Of a stretch of 64,000 nucleotides of DNA, positions 18,738-28,883 are shown one piece after another. The stretch spans positions 62,001 to 126,000 of the forward strand of contig NIVC01002503.1 in assembly GCA_002269645.1 (NCBI GenBank), read 5' to 3'. A program made the translations under genes and the position numbers. The notes under the pieces were generated by a model that had not been told where the DNA came from, did no database searches, and saw nothing but the letters and a program-made list of their open reading frames with translations. This DNA comes from Macrostomum lignano. Lineage: Eukaryota. The first letter of the stretch is position 1. The number at the start of each line of letters is the position of its first letter.

Positions 18738-19361
18738 ATGTCTGGCAACAAATACGAGTTCATGTACTTTCCCGTGAAGGGCTACGGTAACATGGTTCGC
18801 ATTGTCCTGGAGGATCAGGGCATCCCGTACGAGTACAAGCCGGTAGGGGAGAACTGGCCCCAGGTGAAGCCGACTACACCGTTTGGCCAGGTGCCAGTGC
18901 TCACTGTTAACGGATCGACCCAGATTGCTCAGTCTCACACCATCGCTCGCTACCTTGGCCGCGAGCACGGCCTGATGGGTAGCAACAACATCGAGCAGGC
19001 CCAAATTGAAATGTGGATCGACCAGAGCGCCGATTTGCGCAAAAAATTCGCCAAAATGATCTACACCGACTATGAGAACGGACTCAAGCCGTTCCTTGAA
19101 TCTATCCCGACCGAATTAGCGCCATTTGAGAAGCAGCTGACTGGAGACAGTGCTCACCTGCTGCTTGGCAAGCTGACCCTGGCTGACTACATCGTGTTCG
19201 ATGTGCTTCACGTGCTCACCGCTCTGAGCCCGACCTGTCTGGATAGCTTGCCCCACGTCAAGGCGTTCTACACCAGCTTCGGTGCCAGGAAGAATCTGCG
19301 CGCTTTCCTGGAAAAGCCAGAGATCAAGTCGATGAAGTTCACCGGATCGCCGCATCTTTAA
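18738..19361 (+). CDS. GSTP: Glutathione S-transferase, pi-class-like (copy 1, 207 aa)
   Basis: Catalytic Tyr in YFPVKG, G-site motifs PFGQVP and QSHTIARYL, and C-terminal ADYIVFDVL...PTCLD, all alignable by eye to GSTP1. Start taken at ATG 18738 after the UTR intron. Confidence 0.93.
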   Translation: MSGNKYEFMYFPVKGYGNMVRIVLEDQGIPYEYKPVGENWPQVKPTTPFGQVPVLTVNGSTQIAQSHTIARYLGREHGLMGSNNIEQAQIEMWIDQSADLRKKFAKMIYTDYENGLKPFLESIPTELAPFEKQLTGDSAHLLLGKLTLADYIVFDVLHVLTALSPTCLDSLPHVKAFYTSFGARKNLRAFLEKPEIKSMKFTGSPHL

Positions 19362-20126
19362 ATCGGCTAGGATTATCAATGCTGTTTTTTAAACAGTCTG
19401 CCATTGAACTCGAAACTATACGGCTGATATGAGAGCTTATAACTATTGTAGTTCACTATCGTTAGCATTCTACTATCTTCTATAACCCTAATTATGACTA
19501 TTTTTTAGCTGTATTATTACAACTGTTGTTTGTTTATTTATTATTACTAGAAGATCGTCTAATCAGCTGTTTTTATTTTAGTTCGTATAATTTTGGAATC
19601 AACACTATATATACATATTTTAAGCATGCGGCATCATATCCGGTTTTAGATTCAGTTCATTTGTCTGGTTATTATCACTAATTCTTTAAGTCTTCATTCT
19701 TGTAAGTTTTCACTAGCGTTTTTATTGTTGGATAGAGTTTTCAATGGTTCCACCCTGAGCTATATTGAGGTATAGTCAATGTATAGGAAACAAAAACACA
19801 AATTTGAGAGACCATGATCCAGGCGTCCACCCAAGTTTAGTCTCGATAAACTTATGACGCCAACTTTGATTGTGGTGTCGATTTCTGGTTTTCAATAGTG
19901 CGCACCGACCATCCTATGAAGCCACCTAAAAACTAGACAAAAAGTCATGCCGGATGTCCACAACAATTGGCTGACCATTTCTGTTGACTCCTTTCAACAC
20001 TTCTAAAGCCCCCCCCCCCTTGATCCCCAGCTATGCTTTACTTAGCATACAGACAGATGGAAAACATCTGTAGAAGTTCTTCCAGTATATTTACGAGCTA
20101 TATATATTTGCAAACCCGCAGCCGCA

Positions 20127-20753
20127 ATGTCCAGCAACACCTACGAGCTGACCTATTTCCCAGTGAAAGGCCTGGGCAACATGATCCGTTTGATATTGGA
20201 GGACCAGTCTATCAAGTACAAGTTTAACTTAATCACTAAGGACACCTGGGCTGACTTTAAGCCTACAACGCCATTTGGCCAGCTGCCAGTGCTCACGATC
20301 AATGGCAAGACTAAAATATCTCAGTCTCACACCATCGCTCGCTACCTTGGCCGCGAGCACGGCCTGATGGGTAGCAACAACATCGAGCAGGCCCAAATTG
20401 AAATGTGGATCGATCAGACAATCGACATTCGAACGAAGTTTTTGCGAATGATCTACGAAAATTATGAGGCCGGCAAGCAGCCGTTTATCGACTCAATTCC
20501 AGCCCAGCTGGAGCCGTTTGAGAAGCAGCTGACTGGAGACAGTGCTCACCTGCTGTTCGGCAAGCTGACCGTGGCTGACTACATCGTGTTCGATGTGCTC
20601 CTCGTGCTGGTTGCTCTGAGCCCGACCTGTCTTGACAGCTCGCCCCACGTCAAAGCGTTCTACACCAGCTTCGGTGCCAGGAAGAATCTGCACGCTTTCC
20701 TGGAAAAGCCAGAGATCAAGTCGATGAAGTTCACCGGATCGATGCATGTTTAA
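20127..20753 (+). CDS. GSTP: Glutathione S-transferase, pi-class-like (copy 2, 208 aa; chimera of copy 3 N-half and copy 1 C-half)
   Basis: Same motifs. MIYENYEAGK matches GSTP1 LIYTNYEAGK. Confidence 0.93.
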   Translation: MSSNTYELTYFPVKGLGNMIRLILEDQSIKYKFNLITKDTWADFKPTTPFGQLPVLTINGKTKISQSHTIARYLGREHGLMGSNNIEQAQIEMWIDQTIDIRTKFLRMIYENYEAGKQPFIDSIPAQLEPFEKQLTGDSAHLLFGKLTVADYIVFDVLLVLVALSPTCLDSSPHVKAFYTSFGARKNLHAFLEKPEIKSMKFTGSMHV

Positions 20754-22587
20754 ATTTGCTCGATTGTTCTTGGAAACCAGTGTGGAATTGAAATCGAAAC
20801 TATATGACTGATGTGAGAGCTAACAACCCTTGTAGTTTACTATCGTTAGCATTCCATCTTCTATAACCCTAGCTGTGACATTTTCCTAGTACAAGTACAG
20901 TTGTCTGTTTATCTAAATGCTTTTAGAAGATCTTTTCCGTATACTTTTTGATTAAACATTTTATATATATATGTTAAGCAAACGGCATCACTTCTAGTTT
21001 AAAATTCAATTCAATTTTTCTGGCTAGAATTACTTCGTTTCTTCACCGTTGTGTTGCAGAAAATTTGTTAAAATATTCTATCTGCAGAAAAAACTGCACA
21101 CCATTTCTAGTAATTAAATATAACTCGTTTAGTTCTACTTATTTCTTAGTAGAGTGGTTTACTGTTTATTTCTATGTTTGAAGCAGCTTAGAGAATGAGA
21201 ATGTTTATTACGAGTCAATTCAGTGTTAGGTATAGATAATTTAATAGAAAATCGATCCGATTGTAAAAGCATTAGTCTGTCAATTTAATTGATATTAGTT
21301 TCAGATCTAGCATATTAGAATTACAATGTGTAGCGTGTGTGTTGTACGATAAGCCAAGGGAGATACGTGAAATAGTGACACTATGTAATCATTTTGTGTA
21401 GTTTCCACCAGTGAAGTCTTTTCGTAAAGCAACCTAGAAGTTGGTCTCTGCTAGACTGTTTTTGGAGGTTGTTGTATGCTTTCGATTAGAGACGGTACGG
21501 GGTCTGCTTGTCCGTCAAAATCTTTTTAGGCTAAATGACTCATTTTATTTTCTACAAAGTGTGGGTTTCTTACTATCTAATCAACTCTCTCTGGTCGTGA
21601 GAGATAGTACCTGAATAGGGTGGACGTCTTAAGTTAAACATCTGGACGGGAAACCAAGGAATGACATAGAGTCCATATACAATGTAATTTTTCTCATTTG
21701 GAACACATTTCAATGATGACAAGAAACATGTTTACATAATGTCAGAGGAACACAAATTAGCTGTAGAGAGAAAAGTACAAATCATAATTGTTAATTGCGC
21801 GTCTTATACTTCTGGGCATGTATTGGATTTGATCCCCACTCGCGACTAGTTTAATCTAGCTAGTTTTGCTCCAGGGTAGTATTATTGAGTAGCCGTATCC
21901 CCTGCATGCTCTGGTAGCTCAACTTACCAGGGCTCTGAAAAATCCAGGTCCGCGTTCATTCGCTCAGCTCAATATTAAATACGTTAGACTAACCAGCTGC
22001 TGCAGCTGCAATGGACTATGTCTGCCTTTCCAACTGCTATGCCAATCATAAATTGTGTAGCGAATTGGAATGGCCACTCAAGTCCCAAGTCGTTTCGTTT
22101 CTTCTACGAGTCGTATACAGCTCTGCATGCTGACTGCGCATTAGGCTTATTCAGTGTATCGATCATTACCTCGTCTAAACCCGCCTCAACCACGTGGATA
22201 GACTGCAGTTGTCCGTAAATATATAGCAGCTGGTAGACTCATGGCAGATTCTCTCTCTCACTGTAGCCGCCGATTTCTAAACTTAGCTACTTATTAACTG
22301 CGAGCTATAACTTTTACTCAAACGGTATCCTAATATAAATCTTCATTCATTCTTGTAAGTTTTCACAGGCTTTTTGTCAATGGTTTTATCCTGACAGATA
22401 TTGCGGTATTAGCCTATATAGGAAACAATATCAAAAAATTGTGAGAACATGATCCAGGTAACCATAAGTGTGTAGACGTGAACTTTGACTGTGGTGTCGT
22501 TTTAGTTATAGTGCACCACATTTTAAAAACCGCATTCAATTCCAGCATATAAAGTGAACACAAAATTATTGCAAACCCGCAGCCGCA

Positions 22588-23220
22588 ATGTCCAGCAACA
22601 CCTACGAGCTGACCTATTTCCCAGTGAAAGGCCTGGGCAACATGATCCGTCTGATCTTGGAGGACCAGTCTATTGAGTACAAGTTCAACTTAATCACTAA
22701 GGACACCTGGGCTGAAGTGAAGCCTACAACGCCATTTGGCCAACTGCCAGTGCTCACGATCAATGGCGAAACTAAAATATCTCAGTCTCACACCATCGCT
22801 CGCTACCTTGGCCGCGAGCACGGCCTAATGGGTAGCAACAACATCGAGCAGGCCCAAATTGAAATGTGGATCGATCAGACAATCGACATTCGAATGAAGT
22901 TTTTGCGAATGATCTACGAAAACTATGAGACCGGCAAGCAGCCGTTTCTAGAGTCTGTTCCAGCCCTACTGGAACCGTTTGAGAAGCAGCTGGCGAGTCA
23001 GGAGGACAAGACTCACCTGTTGCTTGGCAAGATTACCCTTGTTGATTACATTTTCTTCGACCTGCTGCTAGCTCTGGTGGCTCTGAGCCCCAACTGCACC
23101 GACAGTCTGCCCTCTGTCAAGGCGTTCTACGAAGCTTTTGGCGGTCGCGAGAAAATCGCCGCCTTCCTCAACCGTGACGACATTAAGGAGGCCAAGTTCA
23201 CTGGGACAGATCATCTTTGA
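22588..23220 (+). CDS. GSTP: Glutathione S-transferase, pi-class-like (copy 3, 210 aa)
   Basis: Same motifs. AATAAA at ~23283. Confidence 0.93.
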   Translation: MSSNTYELTYFPVKGLGNMIRLILEDQSIEYKFNLITKDTWAEVKPTTPFGQLPVLTINGETKISQSHTIARYLGREHGLMGSNNIEQAQIEMWIDQTIDIRMKFLRMIYENYETGKQPFLESVPALLEPFEKQLASQEDKTHLLLGKITLVDYIFFDLLLALVALSPNCTDSLPSVKAFYEAFGGREKIAAFLNRDDIKEAKFTGTDHL

Positions 23221-23706
23221 GTAGTGAAGTTTGAGTAGTGAATGTGGTTTGAGTTTGATTGAACCACCGTCTCTAGACGCTTAATAAAATTTACTCAAAT
23301 TATTCATTTTGCCATTATAACAATGCACGCAGAAATTGATTTCACTTTGTTGAGGTGTTGGAGTAATTTATTTTTTACTATCAATTGCTAATCAATAATG
23401 GCTGTTTTCATATTTTATAAGCCTAGTCCTATCTGTTTGCTTCCTGCAATATTTTCCGGTTATAATTTTATTATTGTTATCAACAAATTGCAAAAGCCGC
23501 TTTCTTCAACTTGAAAACAACTTCAGCTTCAGCTTTCCCTCTTTTTGATAAATGGTTATTTATTTTTCTACTCTAATACATATATCTGTTTTCATATTTG
23601 TATTATTAATAATAACCCTTTTATCTATGGCCAATAGTCTTTAAATTAAAAAAATACATCTTTTCAATTTTATTATAATGACGTCTTCACGATTTCATGT
23701 TTTGTT

Positions 23707-24298
23707 CAAGGACCACTAGAAGAAGAAAGGCGGGACACTTCGTTTCTTGGAAATTAAGGCTGATTTTCACGGAAAAATGCACTAGCGAGATAGGAAATTT
23801 TCACTTTTTTTCACTTTAAAATGGTGATAGCTTTTTATTGGAAGCAGATACAAAGCTCTTCTTTTGATATAACTTACAAAACATGTTGCTTCAACGGATT
23901 TTATAAAGATTTTTTTGAATAATTGATCTTCATATTATTAATCAAATGCATCTATTTTAGCAATATGTCATTAAAAAAACTGTTGGCTGCCCAATTCACT
24001 GCTTATTCATTTTAGTTTTATACTTTTTATATAAAATAAGTAGCTATAGTAACTAAAATAATATGAAGATCAATTATGCATGAAAAAAAATCTTTATAAA
24101 ATCCGTTGAAGCAACATGTTTTGTAATTTATATCAAAAGAAGAGCTTTGTATCTGCTTCCAATAAAAAGCTATCACCATTTTAAAGTAAAAAATGTGAAA
24201 TGTTCCTATCTCGCTAGTGCATTTTTCCGTGAAAATCAGCCTTTAATAAAATTTCCAAGAAACGAAGTGTCCCGTCCTTCTTCTTCTAGTGGTCCTTG
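23707..24298. mobile_element. Non-autonomous DNA transposon (MITE), 592 bp, with ~230-bp terminal inverted repeats and an 8-bp TSD
   Basis: The left end CAAGGACCACTAGAAGAAG is the reverse complement of the right end CTTCTTCTAGTGGTCCTTG, and the inverted match continues ~230 bp. GTTTTGTT is duplicated at 23699-23706 and 24299-24306. Confidence 0.93.
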
Positions 24299-24311
24299 GT
24301 TTTGTTAATGA

Positions 24312-24935
24312 TATTCTAGTCATAGAGCTGCTGGTCATTTCTGTAAGGAGATTCTAGTCATAGAGCTGCTGGTCATTTCTGTAAGTAGGTTCTAGTCATA
24401 GAGCTGCTGGTCATTTCTGTAAGGATATTCTAGTCATAGAGCTGCTGGTCATTTCTGTAAGTAGGTTCTAGTCATAGAGCTGCTGGTCATTTCTGTAAGG
24501 AGATTCTAGTCATAGAGCTGCTGGTCATTTCTGTAAGTAGATTTTAGTCATAGAGCTGCTGGTCATTTCTGTAAGTAGGTTCTAGTCATAGAGCTGTCGG
24601 TCATTCTGTAAGGAGGTTCTAGTCATAGAGCTGCAGGTCATTTCTGTAAGGATATTCTAGTCATAGAGCTGCAGGTCATTTCTGTAAGGAGATTCTAGTC
24701 ATAGAGCAGCAGGTCATTTCTGTAAGGAGATTTTAGTCATAGAGCTGCAGGTCATTTCTGTAAGTAGGTTCTAGTCATAGAGCTGTCGGTCATTGTGTAA
24801 GGAGGTTCTAGTCATAGAGCAGCAGGTCATTTCTGTAAAGAGGTTCTAGTCATAGAGCTGTCGGTCATTCTGTGAGGAGATTCTAGTCATAGAGCTGTCG
24901 GTCATTCTGTGAGGAGCTTCTAGTCAAAGCTGCTG
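24312..24935. repeat. 38-bp minisatellite (TCTAGTCATAGAGCTGCTGGTCATTTCTGTAAGGAGAT), ~16 copies
   Basis: Direct reading. Confidence 0.95.
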
Positions 24936-25246
24936 GTAATTTTTATTTCAATTTCTACTTATCAGATTGATTCGGAATTCAGAGGTATTTGCAATTTTTA
25001 TTTTCGAGATGCGCGCTCAAAATTTTTGAACTTTTTCGTTATGGCTGGTCTCCATGCGAACAATTTGTATTTGTTTATACTGTAGAAAATTTACTTTTGT
25101 TTAGATTATCAGGTTTAAATTTGCCACACTAAAACACTTAGATAACACTATGACACTTTGTTGCTTGTGCAAAGCTGTGTGGTGGACTTTGGAAGACGTT
25201 TGATCAACTAAAGCGACTCGCGGCTTTTCAATCGAAGTTGGTTAGC

Positions 25247-25253
25247 TATAAAA
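25247..25253 (+). promoter_or_regulatory. Candidate TATA box of GST copy 4
   Basis: TATAAAA ~120 nt upstream of ATG 25371. Confidence 0.45.
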
Positions 25254-25370
25254 CTCTTACACCTTGAGCGTGTTGCTTGCCTCGAAAAGCAAGTTGACTT
25301 TTGCGTCGCTTACGAGACAACACCAGAAGCAACTTGTACAACTAAGCTTATATCGGAGAAAAGATTGATT

Positions 25371-26006
25371 ATGTCGCAGAAATACGAATTGACCTACTTG
25401 CCAGCCAAGGGTAAAGCCAATCTAATCCGCCTGATGCTGGCCGATCAGGGCATTCCATACAAGTACACCGAGTACGACAGAGCCAATTGGCCGGCTGCCA
25501 AGCCCAACTATCCGTTCAAACAGCTGCCAGTGCTCACAGTCGATGGTTCAATCCAGATTGCCCAGTCGCATTCCATTGCTCGCTACCTTGCTCGCGAGCA
25601 CGGCCTAATGGGTTCTAATAGCATCGAGCAGGCCCAGGTAGACATGTGGCTAGACCAGACCTTGGACTTGCGCAATCGTCTGTTAAACGTGGTGCACATT
25701 GACTTTGAAAAATTGCTACAACCGTTTCTGAACTCGCTGCCCGATATGTTGGAAATCTTTGAAACTCGTCTGGCTGCTCAGCCGGCTTCGGCCAAGCACC
25801 TGGCGCTGGGTAAACTGACCATTGCCGACTATGCACTGTTTGATGTGCTCTACTACCTGCAACTGCTCAGGCCGGAGTCTCTTGACAACACTCCGGTATT
25901 GAAGGCATTCTACACGGAGTTCGCCGCCAGACCCAAGTTGCGGGCCTACATGGAGACTGACGAATTCAAATGTCTGAGAGCGACTGGGTCGCCGCATCTG
26001 CAGTAG
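25371..26006 (+). CDS. GSTP: Glutathione S-transferase, pi-class-like (copy 4, most divergent, 211 aa)
   Basis: YLPAKG, RLMLADQG (GSTP1 RMLLADQG), PFKQLP, QSHSIARYL, ADYALFDVL and ARPKLRAY (GSTP1 ARPKLKAF). AATAAA at ~26087. Confidence 0.92.
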   Translation: MSQKYELTYLPAKGKANLIRLMLADQGIPYKYTEYDRANWPAAKPNYPFKQLPVLTVDGSIQIAQSHSIARYLAREHGLMGSNSIEQAQVDMWLDQTLDLRNRLLNVVHIDFEKLLQPFLNSLPDMLEIFETRLAAQPASAKHLALGKLTIADYALFDVLYYLQLLRPESLDNTPVLKAFYTEFAARPKLRAYMETDEFKCLRATGSPHLQ

Positions 26007-26194
26007 GGGGTGACAACCATCTCCTTGCGGGAGCTAAAGACTTGGACTTTAGAAATAGAAACATTCCAGTGCCTTCTGTGTTCAAGAATAAAAATATACT
26101 TTTCCAACTATCGATTTTAATATTTTAATGTGGTTTTTCAATATTCAACATTTGTTTTAATCGCGATAATATTTCTATTTCTAAGTTCTTAGAA

Positions 26195-26228
<34 letters not shown>

Positions 26229-26283
26229 CTAGACAGACCGATAAGACAGGCACTAAGACACTAAAACACTAAGACAGACAGAT

Positions 26284-26351
<68 letters not shown>

Positions 26352-26480
26352 TGACAGACAGACAGACAGCTAGACAGACCGATAAGACAGGCACTAAGAC
26401 ACTTAAACACTAAGACAGACAGACAGACAGACAGATACTAAGACACTATGACAGACACTATGACCGGCAGACAGACAGGA
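26195..26480. repeat. Compound (GACA)n microsatellite containing a duplicated unique block
   Basis: GACA runs, with GCTAGACAGACCGATAAGACAGGCACTAAGACAC present twice. Confidence 0.9.
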
Positions 26481-26806
26481 CTGATGCTATCATCAGTAGT
26501 GTATACAGCCTTTTATTTTTATTTCTATCTTATCGTAACGGAGGACTTTCGAATAGTAAAAGGTGTCATGAGATTTTGACTGCGAAAACTCACTCGGCTC
26601 TTGTGGTGCCCAATATTCAATGGAAATGAATGAACATTGGACAAGCTAGGGGTTAAAATGGTGTTTTTTTCTTAGAATTTACACACGGTTGAATGCTAAG
26701 CTGGCTTCCATAATTCATTGTTAAACAAACTTATCTCTGCTGCGCTTCGCTCAACAAAATTGGTTGTATCTATGAAGGGTGACTGGCTTTGATTAAACTA
26801 ATCATC

Positions 26807-28303
26807 ATGGATTCTAAAGAGCCATCAACTTCGGCAAAGTCTAATGCTACTACAGCATCCAGTTTGTTGCCAAGTCACGCGGAGTTAGTCCGAGCTTATC
26901 GTATGGACGAATTGTGGATTAGTAGGATAGCTGAGCACCTGGACAGATTAGCGCTGGCAGTTCTGGGATTGGAGCGCTACACCGCCTGCAGGTCGGGACT
27001 GTCTGCTTTCGGTCAAGTTGCCTCGAAAGCTTTGTACTACGGGGCGTCCACTGCGCAGTGCTTGCAGACTCTTGGCGAAGAGTACGTCAATCTTGTGCAG
27101 GTGCGGACTGGACAAGTTTCTAGATAAGGTTTCAAACGCCATGGTTAAGGAACTAGGAATGTTGCTAAGCGGTTGTTATGGTTTCTATACGGTTGCTTAT
27201 TGTTGCTATGCCGTTGCTTATGGTTTCTATTCAGTTGCTTATGGTTTCTATTCAGTTGCTTATGGTTGCTATGCGGTTGCTATGTGGTTGCTATACCGTT
27301 GCTATATAGTTACTATGCTGTTTGTTGCTTGTGCATGCTATGCGGTTGCTACGTGGTTGCTTTTGGTTGATATAGATGCAATTGCTGTGCAGTTGCTATG
27401 TGGTTGCATATGCTAGCTTACGGTTGCTATGCGGTTGCTATGTAATTGCTTATGGTTGCTAATGATTGCTATGTGGTTGCTTATAGTTGCTTGTTCTTGC
27501 TTATGCTTTCTTTTAATTGCTTATGGTTGCTACGTGGTTGCTATACCGCTGCTTTATAGTTGCTAGGCTTCACCAATCTCGTCTATCTCCGCCAGGTCGA
27601 CCGCAGTCGCCGCCGTCTCCCCGGTAGTCGAGCTCGCCTATTCCTAATCCTACTGCAGTGCCTGTTCCCCGACCTGTTGCTGTGGCTGCTCAGACGGGCT
27701 GAGCACAGGTGTCGCTCCGATCTGACGCTGTCAGAACCTATTCAAAGACGTCGACTGGCATTGCTAAGCCGTTTAAGCGCCCTAGCAACCAGCGCGTACG
27801 AGTTGAACAGCGCTTTATTCTACATCAACGGTTCCTATTATCAATTAAGCAAGCGAGTTCTGGGTATTAATTATCTGCGCAGTCGTCCCGGCCTGGGTCA
27901 CGTGACCGAGACTCTGTATCGCCTGATTGGCTGGCTGAGTTTGGCGCGCTTAGCTGGGCGCGCAGTTAATCAAATGCGCTCCCTAGCCTCGGCATTGGCT
28001 GCCGCAGGCGCGGCCGCTCCAACTGCAGAGCCGTCGGATAATCCAACAGATTCGATGTCTTTGCAGGAGAAGCAGACTTTCGAAGCCGAAGCCAATAATA
28101 ACAATGGCCGATTAAATCGAATCTGTCCATTGTGCTGCGATCGAGTTCTTGAGGCCAGCGCAATCGCCCTCTGCGGTCACGTGTTCTGTTGGGCTTGCAT
28201 TGTGCGCTGTCTGCAACTCACCGGCAGGTGCCCGCTTTGCAGATTAGAGTGCCAACCGAATCGAGTTGTGCACCTGGCTAACTATTCCGATGCACCTATG
28301 TAG
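26807..28303 (+). CDS. PEX10: Peroxisome biogenesis factor 10, RING E3 ligase. Exons 26807-27100 and 27596-28303
   Basis: The Pex2/10/12 N-terminal motif QTLGEEYVNLVQ|VDRSR spans a phase-0 GT-AG intron. C-terminal C3HC4 RING: CPLC...CGHVFCWACI...CPLCR. Confidence 0.93.
27170..27560. repeat. Degenerate low-complexity repeat (TATGGTTGC-like units) in the PEX10 intron
   Basis: Direct reading. Confidence 0.8.
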
Positions 28304-28883
28304 GATTTAAATTCAGATTTTTCACTTGGCTTTTTCAAAAGCTCGAAATTTCTGATACTGGACCATTTTTACAAGCTTAAGTGCAACGGGTGTGAGAAAA
28401 TTCTAGTTTCATACTACTTACTAAGTAGCTTAGCATAAAAACTCCGCCCAGTTTTAATAAAGTCATTCTTTATTTATTGTAACTCAATATTAAAATGATT
28501 TTAATTTCATCTTTTGTAAATAAAATCGGTGCCGTATTAGTGATTTTACAGGCCAATTACAAACCTTAGTAATTAACTTTGCTGTATTCGTTTTTATTTT
28601 ACAGTGTAGACAATCTTTTCAATGTTTTAAGTGTCAAGCTAGGTTTTATTGGAATTTCCCTCGCGGGAATCCCCGCCTTGGACTGTACGTTCTAAAAATA
28701 GCTACCTTATTAGATAATAAACGAATGAACATTAACTAGCCACGCGCGGGGACGAAAGGACGAAAAGTGCAAGTACAGAACACCCTTTTCCTCTCTTACT
28801 CATGCTGCGTCTACGAGCCAAAAAGTCTCATTAACAAATTCCTAGTAGTCACGAGTTTGCGGTCGCGCGACGAAGAAGGAAGC

